A stretch of DNA of 64,000 nucleotides from Trueperaceae bacterium. Lineage in GTDB: Bacteria; Deinococcota; Deinococci; Deinococcales; Trueperaceae. The notes below the pieces were generated by a model that saw only the letters and a program-made list of their open reading frames with translations, was not told the origin of the DNA and ran no database searches. Where the stretch lies: assembly GCA_965214405.1 (NCBI GenBank), contig OZ243956.1, positions 4,320,001 through 4,384,000 of the forward strand. Direction: 5' to 3'. Positions 51,419-62,777 of the stretch are shown piece by piece (the first letter of the stretch is position 1; each line of letters starts with the position of its first letter). Made by a program: the position numbers and the translations under genes.

Positions 51419-52359
51419 TAAGCCTCCTTGTGAGGCAGCCAGAACTCGAGCGCCCCCGCCAGAATCTCGACCGTGATGAGCCCGTCTCGAGCGTCTTTCA
51501 CAACAGGCCGCGCGCCGATGGCGGGGTCTCGGTCTCGCGGCCTCTCGCTCCGCTGGGGCCGCACCTCGGCGTCGATGTGGACGGGCTCGCCACGCCAATG
51601 TATCGTCAATCTTTTGGCCCTCGAGGTCTGAACGTTGGGCAACTCGCCCACGTTGTCGGTCAAAAGGCTGCCGACGTAGCCCAGAAACCCCACCCTGTCG
51701 TCTTCACTGAGCCGCACCACGTCAAAAAAGCCGTCGCGCGGGCTCGCGTCGGAGGCGACGCGCAGACGCGGCCCCATCGTGGGGGTGTTGAGCACTTCGA
51801 ACAGCAGGTAATCCCCCGACACGTCCGCGCCGTCGAGGGTCGCCTCGAGCGGGAAAGGCTCATAATCGTTGAGCGTTTGGGCGAGCGCGCGCACCGCCCG
51901 CGGGACGCTCTTGCCCTCGTTGGGATCGTAAGCGGCGAGCACGTCTGCATAAATACCAAAGCCCATCGACTCGAAAAAGTAGTCCTCGCCCCAGGGCGCG
52001 CTCACGAAACCGACGTCTAGGGGGCAGCGCCTCGCGTGGGCCAAACCGTTAAGAAGCTCGAGCGGCTTGCCCTCGACGCCTAAGCTGCGGCAGATGTTGT
52101 TGGCTGTCCCCATCGGCAGCGCGGCGAGGGGCGCGTCTTTGCCGATGAGCCGACTCGCCACCGCGCGAAAAGTGCCGTCACCCCCCGCGGCGATCACCAG
52201 ACCCTCGACGTTTTCCAAGATAAGGTCTAACTCCTCCTCGCTGCTCGTCGCTTCGCAGACGGGTTCAAAACCCGCCTCGTGAAGCGCCTTCGCAAACGCG
52301 CCTACCCTGTTTCCGTTCACGCCTCCGGCGTTCCCGTTGTAAATGAGCGTGGCGCGCAT
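51418..52359 (-). CDS. YegS/DAGK-family lipid kinase
   Basis: AAGGDGT, LPMGTANN, LDVG, HIDAE. Confidence 0.9.
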   Translation of the reverse strand: MRATLIYNGNAGGVNGNRVGAFAKALHEAGFEPVCEATSSEEELDLILENVEGLVIAAGGDGTFRAVASRLIGKDAPLAALPMGTANNICRSLGVEGKPLELLNGLAHARRCPLDVGFVSAPWGEDYFFESMGFGIYADVLAAYDPNEGKSVPRAVRALAQTLNDYEPFPLEATLDGADVSGDYLLFEVLNTPTMGPRLRVASDASPRDGFFDVVRLSEDDRVGFLGYVGSLLTDNVGELPNVQTSRAKRLTIHWRGEPVHIDAEVRPQRSERPRDRDPAIGARPVVKDARDGLITVEILAGALEFWLPHKEA

Positions 52360-53343
52360 CTATGACGCCTGGGGTTCTGACTGGGTTTTCTTACCTGGAC
52401 CCTCATCCGCCGCCGTGTCGCCTACGCCTTCCCTTTCACCGCGCCAGGCGAACGCGTAAAAGAGCGCGCCCAAGAGAGCCTGAAAAAGAATCGTCGCCAC
52501 GCGAAAAAGGGCCACGGCGGCGGCGGCGGTGTTGGTGTCTATCTCGGCGGTGCTCGTTAAAAAGCCCACCATCCCCGCCTCGGTCACGCCGACCCCGGCG
52601 GGCAGCCCCGAAAGCCGCCCCAGCATCGTCGGCAGGATGTAGGCCAAAAAGAGCGTGGCGTAGGGGAGGCTGTAGCCGAGCCCGCGCAAGGTCAAATCGA
52701 GCGTCACCACCTTGAGCGCGAAAGCAGCCACGGTGATGCCCAGCGTGATGAGCATGAGCTTGAGCGTCGCCACCTCGAGCACCGCGTCTAAAAAGTCGTG
52801 CCACTTCTCTTTGACAGAAAATTTCCCCGCCACCCAGTCCGCGGCCTTGGCGAGCCCGCGCCGCGTGAAGGGAATGAAGAATATGAGGACCAGCACTCCA
52901 ACGACGCCCAGCAGCATAAACGCGGCGGTTTGCGCGGCGGGAAAAAAGAGCGCCGCGGCGAGCGAACAGACGATGAAGACGACCTGGTCGAGGATGCTCG
53001 AGAACGCAACCGGCGCAGAACTTTTGGACAAGGGCACCCCCGCCTGCTTCATCAGCCCCGCGCGCGCCGCCACCCCGCCGGGCACGAGCGTCGCCGCCTG
53101 CCCCGCCACGTAGCCGCGAAACGTGACGCCCCAGGCGAGGCTGCTCACCGCGGCCATGAGAAACACAAAGCGCCAGCCCTTGAGCGCCAAATAGCCCACC
53201 GAAAGCGCCAGGATAAAGGGTGCAAAAAGATAGTCGAAGCTGGCAAACGCCTCTAAAACCTCGCCGCCATTCAGGTACTTGTACGCCGCAATGCCCAAAC
53301 CAACAAGCACGGCCACGTGAAGCACGTATTTAAGCCATTTCAA
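52360..53343 (-). CDS. UPF0104/LPG-synthase TM (flippase-like) protein
   Basis: ~8 TM, KGWRF..L, PAGVGVTEAG, A..LFR. Confidence 0.85.
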   Translation of the reverse strand: MKWLKYVLHVAVLVGLGIAAYKYLNGGEVLEAFASFDYLFAPFILALSVGYLALKGWRFVFLMAAVSSLAWGVTFRGYVAGQAATLVPGGVAARAGLMKQAGVPLSKSSAPVAFSSILDQVVFIVCSLAAALFFPAAQTAAFMLLGVVGVLVLIFFIPFTRRGLAKAADWVAGKFSVKEKWHDFLDAVLEVATLKLMLITLGITVAAFALKVVTLDLTLRGLGYSLPYATLFLAYILPTMLGRLSGLPAGVGVTEAGMVGFLTSTAEIDTNTAAAAVALFRVATILFQALLGALFYAFAWRGEREGVGDTAADEGPGKKTQSEPQAS

Positions 53344-53855
53344 CGGACCACCTCATAGTAGAAGTAGAATCTCACAGTAAACCCCCACCCAACAACAAAC
53401 GTTACATAAACGGAACTTTAACCCCAGTTAACGAGTCACATTAGCACGCTTTTTTCCCTCCGCAGGTGCAAAGTTCTCACCGAATGGAGCCGTCGCCGCA
53501 GGGTTACCCACGCCATTTTGCCTTTTCCCCGGGGTAGCATCTCGCCTGTGCTGTTTGGAGCTTTTGACCCCGCTCTGTCTGTATCAACGCCCACGTTTTT
53601 GTGGTTCATCGCCGGATGGGCGGCTCGAGCCCCCCGTGACGGCGTTTCTCAAGTTGCTTCGTGCTGACTCCTATTTGACGAGTTGCTGGTATGCAGGAGC
53701 AAGGAGTAGGAAGTAAAGGCGCACGGCTCAGCGCTTTCCGGTCGTCTATAAATGTTTCGTCATCGCCACATGGACCGCGTCTCGTCTGAGCCAGGGCCGC
53801 CATAGGAAGTTTTGGACCTCAATCTTACGAAGGCCCCAGCGCGTTAAGCTGAGTT

Positions 53856-54782
53856 ATGACCTTTTTGCAAGACGAGGACGTTCAAGAGAAGCTTACCTGG
53901 GAACGGGTGCTAGAGGTGCTTGAGGCCGCCTTTCGTGAGCCTGCCAAATTTCAAACACCTGAACGCACCGTGCTGAGAGCGCCCGGCGAGGGCAGTTTTC
54001 TCACCATGCCTTGTGCCGATAACGAGGGCTGGTTTGGCGTTAAACAGGTGTCGGTGCTGCCCGGTAACGCGGCTCGAGGCAAGCCCACCGTCCAGGCCTG
54101 GTACACGCTCTTCGACCCCGAAGGCACCCCCGCCCTCGCCTGCAACGCCACGCTCCTCACCCGCATCCGCACGGCGGGCGCGTCGGCGTTGGCGGCAAGG
54201 GCGCTTCTGCCCAAAACCGCCCGCACGCTCCTCGTCATCGGCACGGGCGCGCTCGCGCCCTGGCTGGCGGAGGCGCACGCGCACGTCCACCCTTACGCGC
54301 GGGTGACCGTGTGGGGCCGGAACGGTGAGAAGGCGGAGGCGACCGCGGCGGAGCTTGGGGGGAGGCTCGAGCGGGAAGTCAACGTCGCCAAGGACTTAGA
54401 GACCGCCATCCGCGACGCCGACACCGTCACCGCCGCGACCACCGCGCGTTCGCCCATCATTAAGGGTGCGTGGCTGCGTCCGGGTCATCATCTGGACCTC
54501 GTCGGCGCGTTTTCCCCCGACATGGCCGAGGCCGACGCCGAGGCCGTCAAACGCGCCGACGTGTTTGTGGACGACCGCGCCGCCTGCATGACGGAAGCGG
54601 GCGACCTCATCCAGGCGCAGGCGCAAGGCTGGTCCTTTGACGGCGTCTATGGCAGCTTGTCCGACCTCGTCACGGGCGAGGCCGGACGCGAAAGCCCCAA
54701 CCGCATCACGCTGTTTAAGTCTGTCGGGCTGGGCCTCGAGGACCTAGCCGTCGCCAAGCTTCTTATACAAACCGAAAAATAA
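53856..54782 (+). CDS. Ornithine cyclodeaminase/mu-crystallin family protein
   Basis: LT..RTAGASALAA, IGTG.LA, LFKSVG.GLEDL. Confidence 0.92.
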   Translation: MTFLQDEDVQEKLTWERVLEVLEAAFREPAKFQTPERTVLRAPGEGSFLTMPCADNEGWFGVKQVSVLPGNAARGKPTVQAWYTLFDPEGTPALACNATLLTRIRTAGASALAARALLPKTARTLLVIGTGALAPWLAEAHAHVHPYARVTVWGRNGEKAEATAAELGGRLEREVNVAKDLETAIRDADTVTAATTARSPIIKGAWLRPGHHLDLVGAFSPDMAEADAEAVKRADVFVDDRAACMTEAGDLIQAQAQGWSFDGVYGSLSDLVTGEAGRESPNRITLFKSVGLGLEDLAVAKLLIQTEK

Positions 54783-54841
54783 CTTGAAACCATCCGTCAC
54801 GGAAACACATTTTTCATGAGGAGATATGCAGCTCTTGACTT

Positions 54842-54876
54842 TACTCACCACTCATTACTCACCACTAATCACTGCC
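54842..54876. repeat. Heptamer tandem repeat x5 (STRR-like)
   Basis: tactcac cactcat tactcac cactaat cactgcc. Confidence 0.65.
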
Positions 54877-54935
54877 TCAGCCAAACTAACACCCACGGAA
54901 TATCACTTACCTTCACGCGCCCAGAAGCCCCACCT

Positions 54936-56240
<1,305 letters not shown>

Positions 56241-56367
56241 GGTGAAGCGAATAGGTTGTTCAGCCAGACTTTTGTGCGGTGGCTGGTAAGGGCTGGTAAG
56301 GTTTAAGAACGAGGACGCTAAGGAGCTACGCAACCCTCATCCCACGCGACGCTTTAGGAGGAGGCAC

Positions 56368-57963
56368 ATGAACACGAGCGGCATCCATCACGTGACGGCC
56401 ATCGCGGGCGACCCGCAGCGCAATCTGGACTTCTACGCCGGGTTTTTGGGCCTGCGGCTGGTCAAAAAAACGGTCAATTTCGACGACCCCAACACCTACC
56501 ACCTCTACTACGGCGACGCCTTGGGGCACCCCGGCACCATCCTCACCTTTTTTCCCTGGGCGGGGATGCGCCGGGGGCAGCGCGGGGTGGGAAGCGTGGC
56601 GGCTTTCTCTTTCTCGGTTCCCCGGACGTCTTTGGGCTTTTGGTTGGAACGGCTTTCGGCTCGTAATCTGCGCTTCGATAGAGAGGAGCGCTTTGGCGAC
56701 CCCGTGCTCGCCTTTGACGACCCCGACGGGCTGAGGCTCGAGCTGACCTTTCATGAGAAGGCCGGGGAGGCGGGCGTCACGCCCTGGAAAGAAAATTCCG
56801 TCACCCCGGAACACGCGCTTCGCGGGTTTCACAGCGTCACGCTCTGGGAAGAGAGCGTAGAGGCGACCGCCGCGCTCCTCACCCAACGCCTCGGTTTTCA
56901 GAAAAGCGACACCGACGGCCCACTTCACCGTTACACCATAAGTCACGCGGGGGGTCAAGTAGGGCCGGGACGCGTCGTCGACATCCGCGTGGCCGAAAAC
57001 TTCTGGCCCGGCGTGACGGGCGCGGGCACGGTGCATCACGTGGCCTTTCGCGCGGCGGACAACGCGGCGCAAGCCGCTTTGCAAGAGGAGCTGGTCGAAG
57101 ACGGCCTCGCCCCGACCCCCGTCATCGACCGGCAATACTTTCACTCGATCTACTTCCGCGAACCCGGCGGCGTGCTTTTCGAGGTTGCCACCGACCCGCC
57201 CGGCTTTACCGTGGACGAACCCCCCGAAACGCTCGGCGCCGCGCTCAAACTGCCGCCCCAGTATGAAAGGATGCGACCTCAGCTCGAGGCCTCCCTACCC
57301 CCCCTGCACCTGCCTAGCGGGAACGACAAACCGAGCTTTAACCCGCCTCACCTTGCATTTACTCACCGCTGGCTCCCCAAGGCGGGCGCGACGAAGACCC
57401 TGCTCCTCCTCCACGGCACCGGCGGCGATGAAAACAACCTCGTCTCGCTCGGGGGGGCGCTCGAGCCTCACGCCAACCTGCTGAGCCCGCGCGGTAGGGT
57501 GCTGGAAAACGGGATGCCCCGCTTTTTCCGGCGTCTGGCGGAAGGCGTGTTTGACGAAGCGGACGTAAAAGCGCGCGCCGATGAGCTTGCCGTATTCGTG
57601 ACGCAAGCCGCCAACCTATACGGTTTTGCAGAGGACGACGTGACCGCCGTGGGTTACTCCAACGGGGCCAACATCGCCTCGGCGGCCATGCTCCGCCACC
57701 CCAAGCTCTTCCGCGCCGCCCTACTCTTGCGGCCAATGGTGCCCTTCGAGCCCGAAACCCTCCCCGACCTCTCCGGCGTTCCCATCTTTTTGGGTGCTGG
57801 ACGGCGCGACCCCATCGTTCCCACCGAGAACGTCGAGCGGCTCGCCGAAATGCTCAAAGCAGCCGGAGCCGAGGTCACGCTGCACTGGGAGAACACGGGC
57901 CACGGCCTGAGCGACCGCGACCTTCAGGCCGCCCGTCGTTGGCTGGCTGGGCTCGAGGGCTAG
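56368..57963 (+). CDS. Fusion of an MhqA/MhqO-like VOC ring-cleaving dioxygenase and an MhqD-like alpha/beta hydrolase
   Basis: GIHHVTAI, VKKTVNFDDP..YHLYY, VHHVAF, DRQYFHSIYFREPGG; then LLHGTGG, GYSNG, GH.L. Confidence 0.9.
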   Translation: MNTSGIHHVTAIAGDPQRNLDFYAGFLGLRLVKKTVNFDDPNTYHLYYGDALGHPGTILTFFPWAGMRRGQRGVGSVAAFSFSVPRTSLGFWLERLSARNLRFDREERFGDPVLAFDDPDGLRLELTFHEKAGEAGVTPWKENSVTPEHALRGFHSVTLWEESVEATAALLTQRLGFQKSDTDGPLHRYTISHAGGQVGPGRVVDIRVAENFWPGVTGAGTVHHVAFRAADNAAQAALQEELVEDGLAPTPVIDRQYFHSIYFREPGGVLFEVATDPPGFTVDEPPETLGAALKLPPQYERMRPQLEASLPPLHLPSGNDKPSFNPPHLAFTHRWLPKAGATKTLLLLHGTGGDENNLVSLGGALEPHANLLSPRGRVLENGMPRFFRRLAEGVFDEADVKARADELAVFVTQAANLYGFAEDDVTAVGYSNGANIASAAMLRHPKLFRAALLLRPMVPFEPETLPDLSGVPIFLGAGRRDPIVPTENVERLAEMLKAAGAEVTLHWENTGHGLSDRDLQAARRWLAGLEG

Positions 57964-58140
57964 CAGGTCTCGAGAGGTCTGTAAAAGCAACCCTCTCACC
58001 AACCGCGGTAGCGACGCTAAAGAGGACATTTTACCTTGAGCTACAGAACCTTGGGGTGTTGGTCTTCTACGCTTTTGAGATAAGATAACCTCTGAAAAAC
58101 AGGTGAGTTTGAATACATAGAGCGAAGTGAGCAGAGATGA

Positions 58141-58698
58141 ATGGGGGAGACGATGATAACGCTTACGAACGAGTCCGAAGTTGCAAGCGCGCAAACCAAG
58201 GGTGGCAAAACGCTCGTCACCTTGGGGGTCAACGGGCAACCGCAGACGTTCGCCGTAGAGTCCCGGCGCGTGCTGCTCGACGCGTTGCGTCATGACCTGG
58301 GCCTCACAGGCACCAAAAAGGTCTGCACGATGGGCAACTGCGGGGCCTGCACCGTGCATTTGGACGGCGAGGCGGTCTATTCCTGTCTGGTTCTGGCGGT
58401 CGAATGCGAGGGCAGAGAAGTCACCACCATTGAGGGCTTGGCCGAGGGCAACGCGCTCGACCCCGTTCAGGCGGCGTTCGTCGAGGCCGACGCCTACCAG
58501 TGCGGCTTCTGCACGCCGGGTCAAATCATGAGCCTCAAGGCTCTGTTCAATGAAACGCCAGAGCCCGACGAAGCGCAAATCACGCGCGCGGTGAGCGGCA
58601 ACTTGTGCCGCTGCGGGGCCTACCGGAACATCCTGGAGGCGGGCAAGCTCGCGGCAAAAAAGGTGGAAAAAGTGGAGGGGGTGCAAAGTGGCAACTAA
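58141..58698 (+). CDS. Xanthine-dehydrogenase-family 2x[2Fe-2S] subunit
   Basis: CTMGNCGACTV, QCGFCTPG, NLCRCGAY. Confidence 0.95.
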   Translation: MGETMITLTNESEVASAQTKGGKTLVTLGVNGQPQTFAVESRRVLLDALRHDLGLTGTKKVCTMGNCGACTVHLDGEAVYSCLVLAVECEGREVTTIEGLAEGNALDPVQAAFVEADAYQCGFCTPGQIMSLKALFNETPEPDEAQITRAVSGNLCRCGAYRNILEAGKLAAKKVEKVEGVQSGN

Positions 58699-61021
58699 AG
58701 TTCTGGACGTTGACACCAAGAAATCAAAGGACGGCGAGAAAACGCTTCTCACCCCGCAACAAAACGTTCCCGCCGCTTGGGAAAAAGACGCCGAGCTTGA
58801 CGTGGTCGGGCGGGGGGTCTCGAGGCTCGAGGGTCCCGACAAGGTCACGGGCCGCGCCCGCTACACCCACGACGTCCGGCTGCCGGGCCAGCTCTCCGCG
58901 GGCGTGCTGCGGAGCCCCCACCCGCACGCTCGAGTCCTCAGCATTGACACCAGCGCGGCGGAAGCGCTGCCGGGCGTTTACGCGGTCTTGTCGAAAAATG
59001 ACGACTTAGACGTCACCTGGTACAAGGAAAAAACGCCCATCTTCGGTGACACCGTGCGCTTCGTCGGTGACGAGGTCGCCGCGGTCGCCGCCGAGAGCGA
59101 GGAGCGCGTCGAGGACGCGTTGCGGCTTATCGAGGTCGGGTACGAGCCCCTGCCCTTTGTGGTGGACATGACCCGCGCCCTAGATGAAGGCGCGCCCAAG
59201 GTTCACGAGGACGGCAACTTGGCTGAGGAGCCGGAAACGTACGAACGGGGCGACGTAGCGGCGGGCCTGCGCGAGGCCGACGTGGTGATTGACGAGGTCT
59301 ACACCACCCAGACGGCGCTTCATAACGCGCTCGAGAGCCACGGCAGCGTGGCCGATTGGCACGAGGGATTTGGGGGGCAGGGCGACGAACTGACGCTCTA
59401 CGACTCCACCCAGGGCATCTTCGCGGTGCGCGAGGGCATGGCCGAGAAGCTGGGCTTGCCTCAAAACCACATCCGCGTCATCACCGAGCACATGGGCGGC
59501 GGCTTCGGGGCCAAACAGGTGCCCTGGAAGCAAGCGGTGTTCGCGGCGCTCTTGTCCAAAAAGTCGGGCCGCCCCGTGCAACTCATGCTCGACCGCGAGG
59601 GCGAAAACCTCGCCACCGGCAACCGCAACCCGACCCGGCAGCGCGTGCGCTTAGGCGCAAAAAAAGACGGCACTTTAACTGCGCTTTCCGTCGACATCCT
59701 CACGACCTTGGGGGCCTACAGCACCCAGGGCGAGGCGAGCAACGTCGCGGGGCTCTACCAGCACCTGTATAAATGTGAGAACGTCAAGACAGAGCAGACG
59801 CGGGTCTACATCAACGCAGGTCCGTCGGTCGCCTTTCGCGCGCCGGGCTACGTAGAGGCGTGTTTCGCGCTCGAGAGCGCCGTGGACGAACTTGCGCGCA
59901 AGCTTGACATGAATCCTATAGAGCTGCGCCGCAAAAACTACACGGGGCGCGACCAGAAAAAAGACCTGCCCTGGTCCTCCCCCGAGGGCCTGCGCGCCTG
60001 CTATGACCGCTTGAACGAAGCTTTCTTAACAGACTACCAAAAACCGCCCGCCGTCGGCTCCAAACGCCGCGGCGTGGGCGTCGCGGCGCACGAGTGGATG
60101 GGCGGCAAGGGCAGCCCGCCCGCCTACGCGTTTGTCAACATCAACGGCGACGGCAGCGCGGAAGTTCTGACCGGTACCCAGGACATCGGCACGGGCACCC
60201 GCACCGTGCTCGCGCAAGTCGCCGCCGAGGCGCTAGGGCTGCCCCTCGAGCACGTGCGCCTCCACCTCGGCGACACCGCCGCGGGTCCTTACGGCCCGCC
60301 GAGCTCGGGCAGCGCCACGGTGCCGACCGTCGCGCCCGCCGTGCGCGCCGCCGCGCTGGACGCGAAAAAGCAGCTTCTCGAGGCCGCGGCGACGCTGCTT
60401 AACGCCAGTGCCGACACCCTCTCAATAGAAAACGGCAAGATTACGGGCGGCACCGAAACGCTCAAAGTCTCCGACCTCATGCAGCGCCTCTCGCCCCACA
60501 CCATCCAGGGCCACGGCGGGCGCTACGCGAATCCCGAAAGCACCTCCATTCGGCCCTTTGGCGCACAAGCCGCCGAGGTCGAGGTGGACTTAGAAACGGG
60601 CGAAGTGACCGTGCTGCGCGTCGTCTCGGCCCCCGACTGCGGGCGCATCTTGAACCCCAAGCTTGCCCGGAGCCAGGTGATCGGCGGGGTCACGCAGGGG
60701 ATTGGGTATACGCTCACGGAGGCTCGAGTGGTCGACACCAATTTGGGCGTCGTCTTGAACGCCGACCTAGAGGAGTACAAAATCCCAACCGTCGCCGACG
60801 TGCCGCCCATCACCCACGCGGAGGTTGATTTGCCCGACCTCAACGCCAACCCGACGGGCGCAAAGGGCATGGGCGAACTTCCCCTCATCCCCGTCGCGCC
60901 CGCGATTGCCAACGCGGTTTACGACGCCATCGGCGTGAGGTTGCGCGACCTGCCGCTGTCGCGGAGGAGCATTGTAAAAGCCCTGGAAGAAAAAGAGGCG
61001 GAAAAAGGGGTGAACGCGTGA
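58688..61021 (+). CDS. Xanthine-dehydrogenase-family molybdopterin-binding subunit
   Basis: KVTGRARY, MGGGFGAK, FRAPG, DIGTG..T, GAKGMGE. Confidence 0.95.
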   Translation: MATKVLDVDTKKSKDGEKTLLTPQQNVPAAWEKDAELDVVGRGVSRLEGPDKVTGRARYTHDVRLPGQLSAGVLRSPHPHARVLSIDTSAAEALPGVYAVLSKNDDLDVTWYKEKTPIFGDTVRFVGDEVAAVAAESEERVEDALRLIEVGYEPLPFVVDMTRALDEGAPKVHEDGNLAEEPETYERGDVAAGLREADVVIDEVYTTQTALHNALESHGSVADWHEGFGGQGDELTLYDSTQGIFAVREGMAEKLGLPQNHIRVITEHMGGGFGAKQVPWKQAVFAALLSKKSGRPVQLMLDREGENLATGNRNPTRQRVRLGAKKDGTLTALSVDILTTLGAYSTQGEASNVAGLYQHLYKCENVKTEQTRVYINAGPSVAFRAPGYVEACFALESAVDELARKLDMNPIELRRKNYTGRDQKKDLPWSSPEGLRACYDRLNEAFLTDYQKPPAVGSKRRGVGVAAHEWMGGKGSPPAYAFVNINGDGSAEVLTGTQDIGTGTRTVLAQVAAEALGLPLEHVRLHLGDTAAGPYGPPSSGSATVPTVAPAVRAAALDAKKQLLEAAATLLNASADTLSIENGKITGGTETLKVSDLMQRLSPHTIQGHGGRYANPESTSIRPFGAQAAEVEVDLETGEVTVLRVVSAPDCGRILNPKLARSQVIGGVTQGIGYTLTEARVVDTNLGVVLNADLEEYKIPTVADVPPITHAEVDLPDLNANPTGAKGMGELPLIPVAPAIANAVYDAIGVRLRDLPLSRRSIVKALEEKEAEKGVNA

Positions 61022-62004
61022 GACCGTTTGACTACTTGAGCGCTCCCTCCGCCGCCGAGGCCATCCCCCGCCTCAACGCCAGCACCCGCCCCTACGCGGG
61101 CGGCACCGATCTGCTCACCCGCATGAAAGTAGACATCAGCGCGCCCGAAGAACTGATTGACATCAAAGCGTCCGATTTGCCTAAAGGCATCCTCGAGACG
61201 GGCGACGGCCTAAGCTTGGGCGCGCTCACGACGCTCACCGAAATTGAGATGAGTTCGCTGCTCGAGGAAAAATACACGCTGCTGCACCAGGCGGCGTCCT
61301 TGGCCGCGACGCCCCAACTCCGCAACCGCGCCACGTTGGGCGGCAACTTGTTGCAGCGCCCGCGCTGCTGGTACTACCGCAACGCGCACATCGACTGCTG
61401 GCTCAAGGGCGGCGAGACCTGCCCGGCCAAAGAGGGTCAGAACGAACACCACGCGGTTTTCGGGACGGGTCCTGTCAATCCTTGCGTCGCGGTACACCCT
61501 TCCGACTTGGCGTCTTGCCTTACCGCGCTGGACGCTCGAGTCAAGCTGCGCGGGCCGGGGGGCGAGCGCGTCCTCTCTATGACCGATTTTTACAAACCGC
61601 CCGAAGCGGGGCGGCGACAAGAAACGGTGATTGAGGACGACGAACTCATCATGTCCATCGAGGTCCCAGCTTTATCCGAAAACACGACCAGCACCTACCT
61701 CAAGGCGATGGACCGCAAGGTCTGGGCCTTTGCGCTCGTCGGCGTGGCGGCGGTGCTGCGCCTCGAGGGCGGGGTGATTGAAGACGCCCGCCTCGCGCTG
61801 AGCGGCGTCGCCAACATCCCCTGGCGTTTGGAAGATGCTGAAGGAGAACTCACCGGTCAAGAGGCGAGTGCAGACCTGTTCGCCCGCGCCGCCGAGGTCG
61901 CGCTGGCGGACGCGGCGGCGCTCGAGCATAACGCCTACAAAATCCCGCTCGCCAAACGGCTCATCAGGCGGGCGTTGGGGGAGTTGGCGGGGCTCGAGTC
62001 CTAA
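61018..62004 (+). CDS. Xanthine-dehydrogenase-family FAD subunit (YagS/PaoB type with Cys cluster)
   Basis: AGGTDL, RNRATLGGNL.QRPRCWYYR...C..K.G..C...C.AVHPSD. Confidence 0.93.
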   Translation: MRPFDYLSAPSAAEAIPRLNASTRPYAGGTDLLTRMKVDISAPEELIDIKASDLPKGILETGDGLSLGALTTLTEIEMSSLLEEKYTLLHQAASLAATPQLRNRATLGGNLLQRPRCWYYRNAHIDCWLKGGETCPAKEGQNEHHAVFGTGPVNPCVAVHPSDLASCLTALDARVKLRGPGGERVLSMTDFYKPPEAGRRQETVIEDDELIMSIEVPALSENTTSTYLKAMDRKVWAFALVGVAAVLRLEGGVIEDARLALSGVANIPWRLEDAEGELTGQEASADLFARAAEVALADAAALEHNAYKIPLAKRLIRRALGELAGLES

Positions 62005-62058
62005 ACGCAACGCGTCCCCCTAAAAAATCCCAAACAAAAAGCACGAAAGGACCCCAAC

Positions 62059-62634
62059 ACGGCAAACGAACTTCAAGGCAAAAAAATCGCCATCCTCATC
62101 GCCCCGGAGGGCACCGAGCAGCCCGAATTTGAAAAGCCCAAAAAGGCTGTCGAGGACGCCGGGGCCACCGTGACCGTTATCAGCTCCAAAACCGGCACGG
62201 TGCAGGCGGTCAACAATGACCTAGAGCCCGGCGACAGCTTTCAGGTAGACAAAACTTTTTCCGACGTGTCCGCCGCCGACTTTGACGGCCTCGTGGTGCC
62301 GGGCGGCTGCGTCGGCGCGGACAAGCTGCGCGGCAACGCGGACGCGGTCGCGCTCGTGCGTTCTTTTTTTGAGCAGGCCAAGCCGGTGGGCGTCATCTGC
62401 CACGGCCCCTGGACGCTCGTTGAGGCGGACGTGCTGAGGGGCAGAAAGCTCACCTCTTATCCCACCCTGCAAACCGACATCCGCAACGCGGGGGGCGAAT
62501 GGGTCGACCAGGAGGTTGTCACCGACCAGGGCCTCGTCACCAGCCGTAACCCGGACGACCTGCCCGCGTTTTGCGCCAAGATTGTCGAGGAGTTTGCTGA
62601 GGGCAAGCACAAGGAGCAAGCCAGGAGCGTGTGA
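62059..62634 (+). CDS. PfpI/DJ-1 family protein (start codon reads ACG)
   Basis: SD AAAGGA, 7-nt spacer, then ACG-ANELQGKKIAILIAPEGTEQPE; VPGG, ICHGPW, TSRNPDDL. Confidence 0.85.
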   Translation, partial: TANELQGKKIAILIAPEGTEQPEFEKPKKAVEDAGATVTVISSKTGTVQAVNNDLEPGDSFQVDKTFSDVSAADFDGLVVPGGCVGADKLRGNADAVALVRSFFEQAKPVGVICHGPWTLVEADVLRGRKLTSYPTLQTDIRNAGGEWVDQEVVTDQGLVTSRNPDDLPAFCAKIVEEFAEGKHKEQARSV

Positions 62635-62680
62635 GCCGGGGCGTAAGAGCGCTGGGTGGATGCGCAGCCTAAACTTATAA

Positions 62681-62708
62681 AGTGGTGAGTGGCGAGTGGT
62701 GAGTAAAG
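62681..62708. repeat. Heptamer tandem repeat x4 (STRR-like)
   Basis: agtggtg agtggcg agtggtg agtaaag, the reverse-complement counterpart of the 54842 repeat. Confidence 0.6.
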
Positions 62709-62777
62709 GCAGGAGGCTCATCGCTCGCTACTTTTTGTTCTGCCTTCCGCTCTTGACGGGGTGAGGGATTGACTCTG

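Noticed and set aside
53344..53855. Hidden gene or ncRNA in the 500-bp divergent spacer
   Set aside because: Only short frames without convincing motifs, and no recognisable RNA family.
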